Below, piece after piece: positions 49,835 through 62,304 of a stretch of 64,000 bases of DNA. Position 1 is the stretch's first letter. Every line of letters begins with the position of its first letter. Below the pieces are notes generated by a model. It was given only the letters and a program-made list of their open reading frames with translations. It did not search any database and was not told where the DNA came from. The translations under genes and the position numbers were made by a program. This DNA is from Cladosporium halotolerans (taxonomy: Eukaryota), in the NCBI RefSeq assembly GCF_011745625.1, contig NW_027191468.1, positions 62,001-126,000 on the forward strand, in the 5' to 3' direction.

Positions 49835-51709
49835 TGACTGCGTGGTCCACGGCGGAGTTGTTGTTTTATATCATTTTTCCCCCTTTTTTTCAGCGATCAT
49901 TTATAGACATGGGCAAAAACGCGCATCACTACCCAATCCCCTCTTATTTGCTTGCGCATCGCGCGTACTTGCAGAGTTGGGAAAGCGAGCTGCGTTAATC
50001 TAAACTATCATTTTTTCTCTTTCTTTGTACATAACGACAAACGTGCCAGCGGTTTCCTATCGTCATTTCCTCTCTCATCAGTCTGTCGTCCTTCCTGTTC
50101 GCTTTGTCTTGTTCTGAGCTTTCACTTCGCTTTTCAGCTTTTGTTGCGATCATGAGAGGGGGTAGTCTTGGGACACGTTGGGCGTCAGGGGCGATGGGAG
50201 GAGCGATTCTTCTTCTTGTTGGAGACTTCCTTAGATTGGAATAGATCATTGTTTGAAGCATAGCCGTGCAGTGCTTTCGGGAATCTTTTCAACAGTCCCC
50301 TGCTCACATCGCCATCGTGCCTTGGCTACTCGGATCTATTTCGTAGAGCCGCGTTCAGAGGTTCTCCGGAGGTAAAGTTGATGTTCAATTTTGGCACATG
50401 GGAGATGAGAGCTATACTCTTACTTCTGCTTCAAAAATTCCTTGATCTCAGCGTTTGAAAGGCCCGACATGTCCGAAAGGTCTCTAATGATCCATGGGCA
50501 TCTATGGCTGCCTACATCATGCTCATGACAGCATTGATGTTGAACGCCTGAGGCTTCTTCGACGCTCCTTTACTACACTGACGAAGAGGTACATCCAATC
50601 AAGCAAGCAAGCGAAGTGGAAGTCCAGACCGGAGTATCCGGCCCAGTCACATCGAGGCTGCAGGTGTGGTCAGCCGCCACCGGACCCGGGTTACAGGTAC
50701 AGCCGGACCTGCCTTGCAGAAAACGTGGCCGGATAACGGTGACTTGTGGCCACATAGTCGAATGTCGTTTCGCGAGTCCCCGAGGAGGAGTGTCTGTCAG
50801 GGAGGATATGCTTGGTCATCGACTCTGTTAGAGGACGTGCGTGGATGCTGAGCAGCGTGGACATCAGAAAGTAAAGGAGCTGGCGAGGTCAATGCGCGTG
50901 TCAAATCGAGCACTGAAGTCGGTTTGCTCCAGTCCCGATAATTTGGTACGTATGAGCATCACTAACAGTGCTTCGCCCGGCAATATGTTGGCGAAGTCGC
51001 CGCAGGAGGTCAAGCCTGTTGGTACTGGTGCCTTTGATAGAGACCCGTCTGCTTGGAAAGACAAGGCGCAGCGAATCAGTCAGCCCACGCCAGCCGGCGG
51101 GGACCCATGGAGCGCTAGCGAAAGGGCTCAGCCGCAGCCTCCCGTCCCAAAAATAACCTCCACACCTCACGCATACAGCTATAGCCTGGTACATACTTCC
51201 ATACCAACACCCAATCGTCTCTTAGTGCTCCCGCAGGATGCATGGCGGGCTCGCTAAATCGGCACATAGTAGGCAGTGGCCTGAGTGGCGCTCGATGGCC
51301 ATGCTTGTTCGAAGCCTCCAACCAACACCAGATGTTGTATTGCCCGGGTGCTCAGCCGTGGCACAGGTAGGTATGAACTCTCTTTTCCACTCCGACCGTT
51401 CTCGCTTTCTTGGTGCTGCTCGATTCTCTTCTGCTCGAGGCTGCACTGCCTTGCGAAATCGTTCACTACCCAAGTAACATGTCTTTTCCCACTGCATAAG
51501 CTACACGTACTCAGATGCGCCTCCGTCTCACATCAGGCCCCGAGAAGCGTCTCTTTGGCCACGCACAACAGGAATTTCCAACACTGCCCTGCTTTCTCAA
51601 TCGACCGTATTGAAAGGATATTGGCCCCACGCCTCTGCGTGACGCGTAACACGGCCACACTGGCAGCAACCTCTCCGTGACAGCTTTGAAACACCAACAT
51701 CTGCTCAGC

Positions 51710-54700
51710 ATGCCAGAGGTACAGTATTCATCTCTCGATGGAACAGTTTCATCTGCCTCCGATGTCGACTCCAAGCCCACCGCAGCTGCCATTGCCCGGA
51801 GAAGTATCTCTATCTTCTCACGTAGGGGGACAGGACCTCCAGAGCACGAAACCGACTGCATCGATCAAGCAACCATGTCCCGGGTCCCGACAAAGAACGT
51901 GAGCGAGCGTCGACACAACTGGCTTCGACGCAAAAGCCTTGACGCTGGAGCTTTGCAGGAACCCTCAAAAGGAACCATCCTCAAGGCCGTGCCACCTACA
52001 GATCGGCTTCGCATGACACGACTGGAAGAAGAGATGGCCACCAGCCCTAACGAAGAAATCATAAGCGCCATCAGTACGCATCCATCGAGCACGCCTGTCT
52101 GGCACAAGGACTGCGATAACGACACTTTCTCCCCAGCCGTGTTACCGAATCTACCACAGACCAGCAGTAGCGGCTACAATGACCTCACTCACCAAACCGA
52201 AAGTGTCAAGAGACGGGAGACAAACGACCGAATTGGCGTATGGGTGAACGGAATCACGCACTGGGATGATAATCCTTCGCATTTCACTCCGTCTCAAGAC
52301 CTCAGGTTCAAGCGTCACAGCATCACAGAATCGAGAAGACTGGAGCAGCAAATGCGCAACAGGATCAGGCCCACACTTACTGTTGCCATACCCGGTGTTC
52401 CTCCCATACCTGCCAACGCAAGCGCTGTAAACACCTCAGAAAATTCCTGCCAGCCTTCTCCCGTGCCTGCAGTACTAGAGCATGAGGGCAGGCAACCCAC
52501 AGTTCAGGTCCACGATCCAGTCAGCGGGGATGTAAATGCAGTCGTTGCGAGAACGGCTCATACACACCAGGAAGTGTTCGGCGGAGCCCTTCAAGTAGCG
52601 CACCGCTGCTCCTCGTCATCCACTGGGAGCTCGGTCGCTAACCTCAGCGATGCATCAATTAATTCGAAACGCAGCTCTGCGACATCAGCAGAAGCTGCGG
52701 AGGATGACGCTTCAGGCGCAAGGGGCACCCAATACTCGGAATCTCGTCAGAGGCATGCTTCCGAAGCGAATTGCGCGGTTGGCGATGATGCAAGCTTAGA
52801 CATCAACAAGCCGCTACCGAGAGTACCTGTTCCAAAGACAATGCGCACTGAACCGGCGCTGCCGCCGAGCACTATTGGTCGGCCACTGCGAAGAGATGTC
52901 AGGATCGCTAGCGCGCCAGGCAGCAGAAGGATCAATCGGTATGCAAATAACCTATCAGCGCCACGAACGGCATCGAGCTCTCAAAGTCTTCACAGCCTGG
53001 ATTTTATCGATGCCGAGTTCATGCGTGTTTCGCCGTATGCGCCAAGCCCATCCGACAGCGCATATTCCGAGGCTGACAGCCCGACGCTGAGTCAGGCTGA
53101 GCATGACCTGCAGGCACAGCTGGGCAGTATCTCCGAATTGATGAACGATGAGAATGCCACCCCCGACTCTCTCGTTGCAGAGTTTGTGCGAGGCAACAAT
53201 CGCGGATGTGACGTCGTCGGTGGTGATGACCGTCGTGAAGGGAACACCACTGATTCTGCCATCATCAAGCGTGCAGATAGTGTGCGAAGCGTGATGCAGC
53301 CACCGGCAAGAGCACCAACCTTGCCTAAGCGAAGCCGGAAACGTGAATGGCGAAAGACTGCATCTATCGTGCCTAGCCCTCCCCAGAGTCTCCGACTACC
53401 GCCAAAAGCTCCCGGGAGACGGAAGTCCGAATCTGCGCTCGCGAGCTCGCCATCCACTCAGCAACATGAAACCGAAAGCTTAAACAAAGTCCACAGGAGC
53501 GAGAGCACAAAGGCCTTTAATGGGCCAAGAGCACGTCCTAGACGCAGCATTGCAGCGCAAGACTCAGTCTTGGATGTCACGGCAGCTGCGGAGCCGGAGC
53601 TACAAGTATCTCCTCATTCTGATGAGGTCGGATCTCAGTATCAGTCTACTTCCTGGCTACCTGCTAAAAAGGTCCTAATCCGTATATTGAGCTCTCTCAC
53701 ATCTACGAGAGATTTGTTCAGCATGGCCATGATCAATAAGGGCATGTATCGGGTCTTCAAGGAGAACGAGCTAGATCTCATTGGAACCGTCTCCCGGAAT
53801 CAATCGCCTGCTGGGTGGGAGCTGCGAGAGTGGCGTTCCTCGGAGGGCGAAGACGATTCTCTCGCCACTCGGCGAAGCCATACGACTCAGAGCTACCTAA
53901 GTTCCCAGCGCCACGACGAGACAGTCGTGCGTGAGTTGATGGAATTGGTTCTCAAGCACTGCCAAACCTTCATCCGCCGAGAGACTGCCTTGGCGTTCAC
54001 ACACAGCTACCATCCGAAAGCTCAGCGTTTCATCGACGCTTTCTGGCGCATTTGGACGTTTTGCACCATTTTCGGCTCCCAGAAAGGCCGCGAAGAAGAT
54101 ATTACTGGTCAACTCGATTGGCTGAAGGGCGGCTTGGTGGCGAATAACCAATCATTCTCAGCGACTGTCAACACCAACCTCGACTTCGACATGGGCTCTG
54201 TCCTTCTCAATGCACCAGATCACTTTGCGAAGGGCAATGATGGCGGATTGTCAGCCGCGCAGCTGTACGATATGACGGAGCTTTGGAACTGCTTGAGAGC
54301 CCTTCTCACCGGATATCAGGGTCATACAGAGCAGGCGAGGCAACATGGCATATTCTCTAAATGTGATATTGAAGACAGTGTTCTAGATGAGGAACAGATG
54401 ATCGAAGAATGGATCGCCTACGTCCTTACCTTGGGCCCAGAGGCTGTCCTGCAGCTCGCGAAGCACGCCACAGATGACCCGGCTGCAGGTTTTGCGCTCG
54501 CCGAAACACGAGGCTGGACAGACTGGGCCCTGTCAGAGACTGGAACCCGAACGACGTTCCTCAAAGAGCCTGTATCCCGATTGTACGAAGAGCGTATCAT
54601 GAACGCAGCGATGAGGATGCAAAATCCGGACGAGCTCGAAAAGAAGGAGAACGCACGCAAGCGCGTTGCGGCTCTGGCAGCCGAAATCCGTCTTAGACGC

Positions 54701-55192
54701 CAGTCCAGTGGATACAAACGTCTCCCAGTGACCGACATGCGCAATGAACGAGCAATGAGCACAGTCAGCCGCCACTCGAGCGCTGCTCCCTCACGTCCGA
54801 CTCAGATGATCCAGACGTCAGACTTGCCCCTCGCTACGAGATACTACGCTTTGTCCGCGCACTCCGCTCGATCCTTCCCACCATCCTCGCGCGAGAACAT
54901 CGTGTCGCCGCTCTCCTACACTTCCGCCGCAGCTTCAGCTCGCCCGTCAAGCCCTACGGGCCAGTGGTCTTCCCGACACATCTCGCCCATCATAGAAGAT
55001 CGCGTAGAGGCTTTCAACCGCCTATCGCTGGCAAATCTGGACGGTAACGCAGACTCGACCGCCGAGAGAGCGGTCCAGAAGATCACAGAGATGGGTTTCA
55101 CGGAGGCGCAGGCCAAGCACGCGCTGAGGATGACGGACATGGGTGATGGACTGAGGGTCGACAGGGCTGTGGATATGCTGCTGAGGACTTGA
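51710..55192 (+). CDS. Large protein (about 1160 aa) with F-box-like segment and C-terminal UBA domain; start uncertain
   Basis: Long uninterrupted ORF with an S/P/R-rich N-half. LPAKKVLIRILSSL..DLFSMAMINK is F-box-like; C-terminal ITEMGFTEAQAKHALR..VDRAVDMLL carries the UBA MGF and LL signature. Confidence 0.8.
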   Translation: MPEVQYSSLDGTVSSASDVDSKPTAAAIARRSISIFSRRGTGPPEHETDCIDQATMSRVPTKNVSERRHNWLRRKSLDAGALQEPSKGTILKAVPPTDRLRMTRLEEEMATSPNEEIISAISTHPSSTPVWHKDCDNDTFSPAVLPNLPQTSSSGYNDLTHQTESVKRRETNDRIGVWVNGITHWDDNPSHFTPSQDLRFKRHSITESRRLEQQMRNRIRPTLTVAIPGVPPIPANASAVNTSENSCQPSPVPAVLEHEGRQPTVQVHDPVSGDVNAVVARTAHTHQEVFGGALQVAHRCSSSSTGSSVANLSDASINSKRSSATSAEAAEDDASGARGTQYSESRQRHASEANCAVGDDASLDINKPLPRVPVPKTMRTEPALPPSTIGRPLRRDVRIASAPGSRRINRYANNLSAPRTASSSQSLHSLDFIDAEFMRVSPYAPSPSDSAYSEADSPTLSQAEHDLQAQLGSISELMNDENATPDSLVAEFVRGNNRGCDVVGGDDRREGNTTDSAIIKRADSVRSVMQPPARAPTLPKRSRKREWRKTASIVPSPPQSLRLPPKAPGRRKSESALASSPSTQQHETESLNKVHRSESTKAFNGPRARPRRSIAAQDSVLDVTAAAEPELQVSPHSDEVGSQYQSTSWLPAKKVLIRILSSLTSTRDLFSMAMINKGMYRVFKENELDLIGTVSRNQSPAGWELREWRSSEGEDDSLATRRSHTTQSYLSSQRHDETVVRELMELVLKHCQTFIRRETALAFTHSYHPKAQRFIDAFWRIWTFCTIFGSQKGREEDITGQLDWLKGGLVANNQSFSATVNTNLDFDMGSVLLNAPDHFAKGNDGGLSAAQLYDMTELWNCLRALLTGYQGHTEQARQHGIFSKCDIEDSVLDEEQMIEEWIAYVLTLGPEAVLQLAKHATDDPAAGFALAETRGWTDWALSETGTRTTFLKEPVSRLYEERIMNAAMRMQNPDELEKKENARKRVAALAAEIRLRRQSSGYKRLPVTDMRNERAMSTVSRHSSAAPSRPTQMIQTSDLPLATRYYALSAHSARSFPPSSRENIVSPLSYTSAAASARPSSPTGQWSSRHISPIIEDRVEAFNRLSLANLDGNADSTAERAVQKITEMGFTEAQAKHALRMTDMGDGLRVDRAVDMLLRT

Positions 55193-56354
55193 GGGTAGAT
55201 TTCGATTTGTTTCTTATGACTTCTCTCAAAGGTGGCATGCTGTTTTCCTCCCGCGGATGCTCACTGTCTTTACTAGATACCCTTTTCCGGTCCAGATGAT
55301 ATCTTTTATAGAGAACTTCCTAAGTGGCAGGGCTGGGCATCAAATATCAACTTCCCGGTCAACTAATTCTCATGGTCCGCTTTCTCGAATCCCACTTAGC
55401 GTATTTGGTTATGATTCTGACCAACTTGAGATCCTCGGTGGGTTGTGGGTTGCAAATGCAAATAACCCCAAGTCTACCCCAACCCTATCCCTAGGCTGGC
55501 CACTTCAACTCGGCCATGTCGAACAGATTACCTCAATTGAGCCAACACCCCACCGCTCTGAAGACGCCAACGAATATACTCAGCGCTAGAGTTCGCTGTG
55601 GTGCTGGTGTTGACGATACAATGATGTCCGATCGACCTGCCATGAAGGTTTTGTAGCAATTCCGCCACTGGCCAGCCTCTTCTGGCACCTTCGACGACTC
55701 TGACACTCATCAGGCTGCTTACCACCAAGAAACGACTTCCCCCACCATCACGGTCGTATTATACACTTTCTGGTATCTCAGCAATATTATCTATACAAAG
55801 AAACGTTCAAGCATTTCATTGGCATACCGCACATTGCGGCAATGCGGTTAAAGCCAGGTTCTTCGGGGGAAATCATCCTTCGAGAGACGGAAGACTGTTC
55901 CGGATGTTCGTACGGAGTCTGTGGTGATGTAAACGATTTTGACTGTCCAGATAATATTATGTGGCCAAGACAGTTTGCAACCCACCTCACCCGGAATGGC
56001 TCCTAGTTTCGGATTCCTGGGCACATTGGCCTACTGAAGCATGAAGGTACCAGTAAGAGATTATTAAATCTATTTGGCCAGAAATCTGTATACTCGGGTG
56101 CTATTGGACCCTTTGGTATGCTGAAGTAAAGCGCTACCGCTGAGATGCTCTGGAGAATACTCCATTCGAAGCGTCGGCACGTGTACTGCGATCGATCAGC
56201 GCCTCTGGTTTATGGAAGCGAAGTCACACCACTGAGAGATTGGGAAAAGAGCGCAGTCTAGGAACCCGTCCATGCTTCTGTCAGTACTCGTAGACGCTTT
56301 CATCGACGTGATGCCTTGAGAGTTTTCCAGCCCATTTAGAGGTCAAAGTTACCT

Positions 56355-57785
56355 CATGTGCTACTACCAGCAGCTCCGATGTCGTCAAGTGAGATGCTGC
56401 TATTGAGATGTGTTGCTAATCATACCACGAGAACGATAGCGTTTGGTGCTGCTATCAACTGCCTTCTGACGACTAAACATCAAAGTGCCATTGAGACGCT
56501 TCCAGGTACATCTCGGCTGCAAATGTTATCTCCGGGCTGCTATACTCAGCTCCAGCCTGTGACATTGCTGCACGAGAGTGAGATGCTCTACAATCCATCT
56601 CGCATGTCAGAAACTGCATGGTGCTGCTATCAGCCGTGTCGTACAAAGCAAATGTGAAACTGCCATTGAGATATTCCCAAACGCATCCTACACAAAATTG
56701 CAGAGCCTACGCTCGTACCATCAGCTATAGCATAATCGATTGCCCAAATGCCACTGAGACACTTGCGAGCCGTCCCTGTTGAGAAAGATCATGTAGTAGC
56801 GGATCTCTCGATGGCGAATTCTTACCTCAATAGACCGATAGGCGATGGTAGCAGCACAAAGATCGGCGGAGAGCGGTGACTTGGTGAAGTGCGCGTGGAT
56901 CTGACGATCTTTTTCACTGGCGCAAGCCGATTTGGATAAGCTGTTGCTGATGGTAGCAGCACCAAAGACAACGGAGAGAGGGACTTGGAGAAATTCGACC
57001 AGATCTGATGGGTCGGTCTCAAGGGCATAGCCTCTTTTTGGTAGGCTAGAGGTGATGGTAGCAGCACAAAAGCTGGCGGAGAGCATTGGACTTGAGTGAT
57101 ATTTGAGTGCATCCAACGGTCTCTCTTCATGGAAGGGGTCCGTCTTGGTAAGACCATGGCTGATGATAGCAGCACCAAGGATGTCGGAGAGCGTTAGACT
57201 CGAGAACGAATATGAGCTCATCCGACGGTATGTCTCTATGGCATAGGTCCGTCTTGTTAAGGCTATAGCTGATGATAGCAGCTCCATGGATAACGGAGAA
57301 TGCTAGATTCAGATAGGTTTAACTCAGTTTGGTAGCTTCTCTGTACCCGCGGTGGTGCTACCAGCGACTCCAGACTACTGAGATGCTGCATCACCGCCGA
57401 GAGACCTCTGAAAAGATGTAAAAAGAAGACTGGCTTTCTCAATGGCGCGGGTCGATCTCAACAGGCCGAGGCTGGTGGTAGCAGCACCAAGGGCATCGGA
57501 ACGCATTGGACTTCGAGAAATCTGAGCGGATTTGGCAATCTCTCCGCGGCCTTGGTGCTGCTATCAGCGGCTTCACTTTACTGAAACACTGCATTGCCAC
57601 GGAAAGACCTCTCCAAATGGGTGTAAAATATACTGGTCCTTCTCACTGGTACGGGTCGATCCAAGAAGCGGAAGCTGATGGTAGCAGCATCAAGTGCAGC
57701 GGAGAGCCTCGAGAGCGTCGGATTTGAAGAAAATCGAGCGGATTTGCGAGTCTCTCCGTGTCGTTGGTGCTGCTATCAGCGGCTT
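56355..57785. repeat. Degenerate array of about 105-bp units in direct and inverted orientation (core GATGGTAGCAGCAC)
   Basis: Forward cores at 56844, 56949, 57054, 57162, 57271, 57474 and 57677, mostly followed by CGGAGAG..GACT. Reverse-complement cores (GTGCTGCTATCA-like) near 56358, 56446, 56621, 57352, 57555 and 57767. Confidence 0.85.
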
Positions 57786-58081
57786 TAGCCAACTGTAATG
57801 GTATGTTACTACGGAGAGATACGTGTTTGAAGGTGGAGCCAAACTGTCATTTGCAATACGCATTTCATACACACTCCTCATCTCCCACAGGGTTTTTTAT
57901 AATCATAACCGGTGGAAGACGAAAAAGCAGCTACTTGTAATGCTCGCTTGAAAAAAGAACATAACCGTTAAGAGCCCATGCACCCCTGGCCATCCGAAAC
58001 CGAAGTGCTTTTTGCTCAGACTGGTGCTCGGGGACAGTCTAGTAAAACGTGATCGAAAGCAAGAACGCCTGGACGAGACGT

Positions 58082-60553
<2,472 letters not shown>

Positions 60554-62078
60554 TTTGAGTGAGTTGTATGGGGGGATGGATGTGGTGGTGAGGTGGGTGA
60601 AGTTCGAACTTTTTTTGGCGCAGCGATTTTGATCTCTGCTGTAAGGGTTCGCGCAAAAGTGCGCACGGGGCAGCAATCTTGGCATCAGCGCAAACTCGGA
60701 CTCCAACGCTTGCTCGCCGACGCTCACCGTTGCCACAAGTCAAGGTTTGCGCCCGAGGTACCGAAGTCTTGTTGATGTCGAATGGGGTGTTGAGAAGAAG
60801 ACTTGCAGCTCTCGCACAGGTAGTTATCCACGGCATCTCACATGCCATGGTCTTTCCGTCAAATGCTTCCGTCACGTGCAAGGCTTCACTTTCAAGCAAG
60901 GCTCTCAAGTGAGACCATCGGATGAGCCGTTCAGCGGGCTACGACGATCTATTAGATCATTCTTGTCGAATTCCCTCAAATTAACGTTCAAGTGCTATAT
61001 ATTACCACAGGATCCGATTGCTCTCAGCTCAGCAACGACGCTAAACGAGACATCTGCGGTTGGAGACAAGAAGCCTGATAATGGACCCGACATCTGGTCT
61101 ACGCAGTCTACCGAAGCCTACACACATGCCCTCACGACAGTCTAGGGCGCGAAGGTAGGCGGAAGCTTTTGCTCGGTGGAGGGTGAGCGCCATGCATCGT
61201 CCACCTTGATCTGCGAGGACCGCTTAAAACTGCTAGCTACAATGAATATGAGTACTTCCCACTTATGAAACGGAACAAACTTGTCATATTCCTACCTATT
61301 GCGGCTGAAAGGGTTGCAATGCTTTGGCATCTGCAGCAATCGTATATTTTAGATGATCGTTCTCTCGAGGCATTCTCAATAGAATCGAGGATTGCATTGA
61401 CAATACGTACCCCGCAACCTCTTCTTTCATGTGATGGCGAGCGATCAACCTTCACTTTCCCCGAGCTCTAGAGCTTCACTTCAGAAGTCTATTACTTTGT
61501 TTGGCCAACAACTCGGAAAATATTCTCCCGGCTGAAAAAATCTCGATTAGGCTGCAGCGATCAAGACGAGTACCTGGAGAGCGAATCCCAACTCGTCTCT
61601 TGTGCCATTCGAGCGGGGTTGTTCGCTTTCTCTGATCAATTGAACGTGTTGATGCATTCGATGGCGTCCAGGTCATTGCTGCGTTCTACCCGCAATCGTA
61701 TAGCGTCTCACCTTGACGTTTGACAGTGTGTTTTTGGTGATATGGGAAGTATTTATGCGTCAACTGGTTACTAAGAATGTGCCCTGATGAGGCATGTGCT
61801 TCGAAGGTGGGTAGTATTCCAAAAAAAAAAAAAGTCAGGATTGGGGGCACCTCGGGCATCCATCTGGTTCAACACCTCAAAGTATCACACGGTCTGAAAA
61901 TCTCGCATGTGGCACTAGTCAAGGACCATCACTAGCTCTGGGGATCCCACAGTGTTGATCCTCCAAGACGATACAAGGAAGTTTTGATCTGTCTACGGCC
62001 CGTGACCTTCCCATCTACACCGCGACGGCTAACCGATATTGAAAAGCAAAAAGCGAAGTTCGTCTAATGTCAGAGGAA

Positions 62079-62173
62079 CTCCTCACAGTGGGCTCGAACC
62101 ACTAACCTTCCGGTATGCTGAGACTCATGAGAGTCGTAACAGCCGAACGCGCTACCGGTTGCGCCAGCGAGGA
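62079..62173 (-). tRNA. tRNA-Asn(GTT) with 22-nt intron
   Basis: Acceptor stem TCCTCGC/GTGAGGA, A-box TGGCGCAACCGG, anticodon arm TTCGG-CTGTTA^A-CCGGA and T-loop GGTTCGAGCCC; 73 nt after intron removal; T5 terminator at 62048-62052. Confidence 0.93.
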
Positions 62174-62210
62174 TGAGAGAAGAAGAAAGAGTGCACACAT
62201 GTCGTGGGCG

Positions 62211-62304
62211 CTCCTCACAGTGGGCTCGAACCACTAACCTTCCGGTGTGCTGAGATTCGAAGAATCGTAACAGCCGAACGCGCTACCGGTTGCGCCAGCG
62301 AGGA
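62211..62304 (-). tRNA. tRNA-Asn(GTT) with 21-nt intron (second tandem copy)
   Basis: Exons identical to the copy at 62079-62173; the intron sequence differs. Confidence 0.93.

Noticed and set aside
56721..57287. 188-aa repeat-protein ORF across the array
   Set aside because: The 109-bp spacing puts the first unit in a different frame, inverted copies are interspersed, and conservation looks nucleotide-level.
56844..57330. CRISPR interpretation of the array
   Set aside because: Eukaryotic context, no cas genes, the inter-core sequences are homologous to each other, and orientations are mixed.
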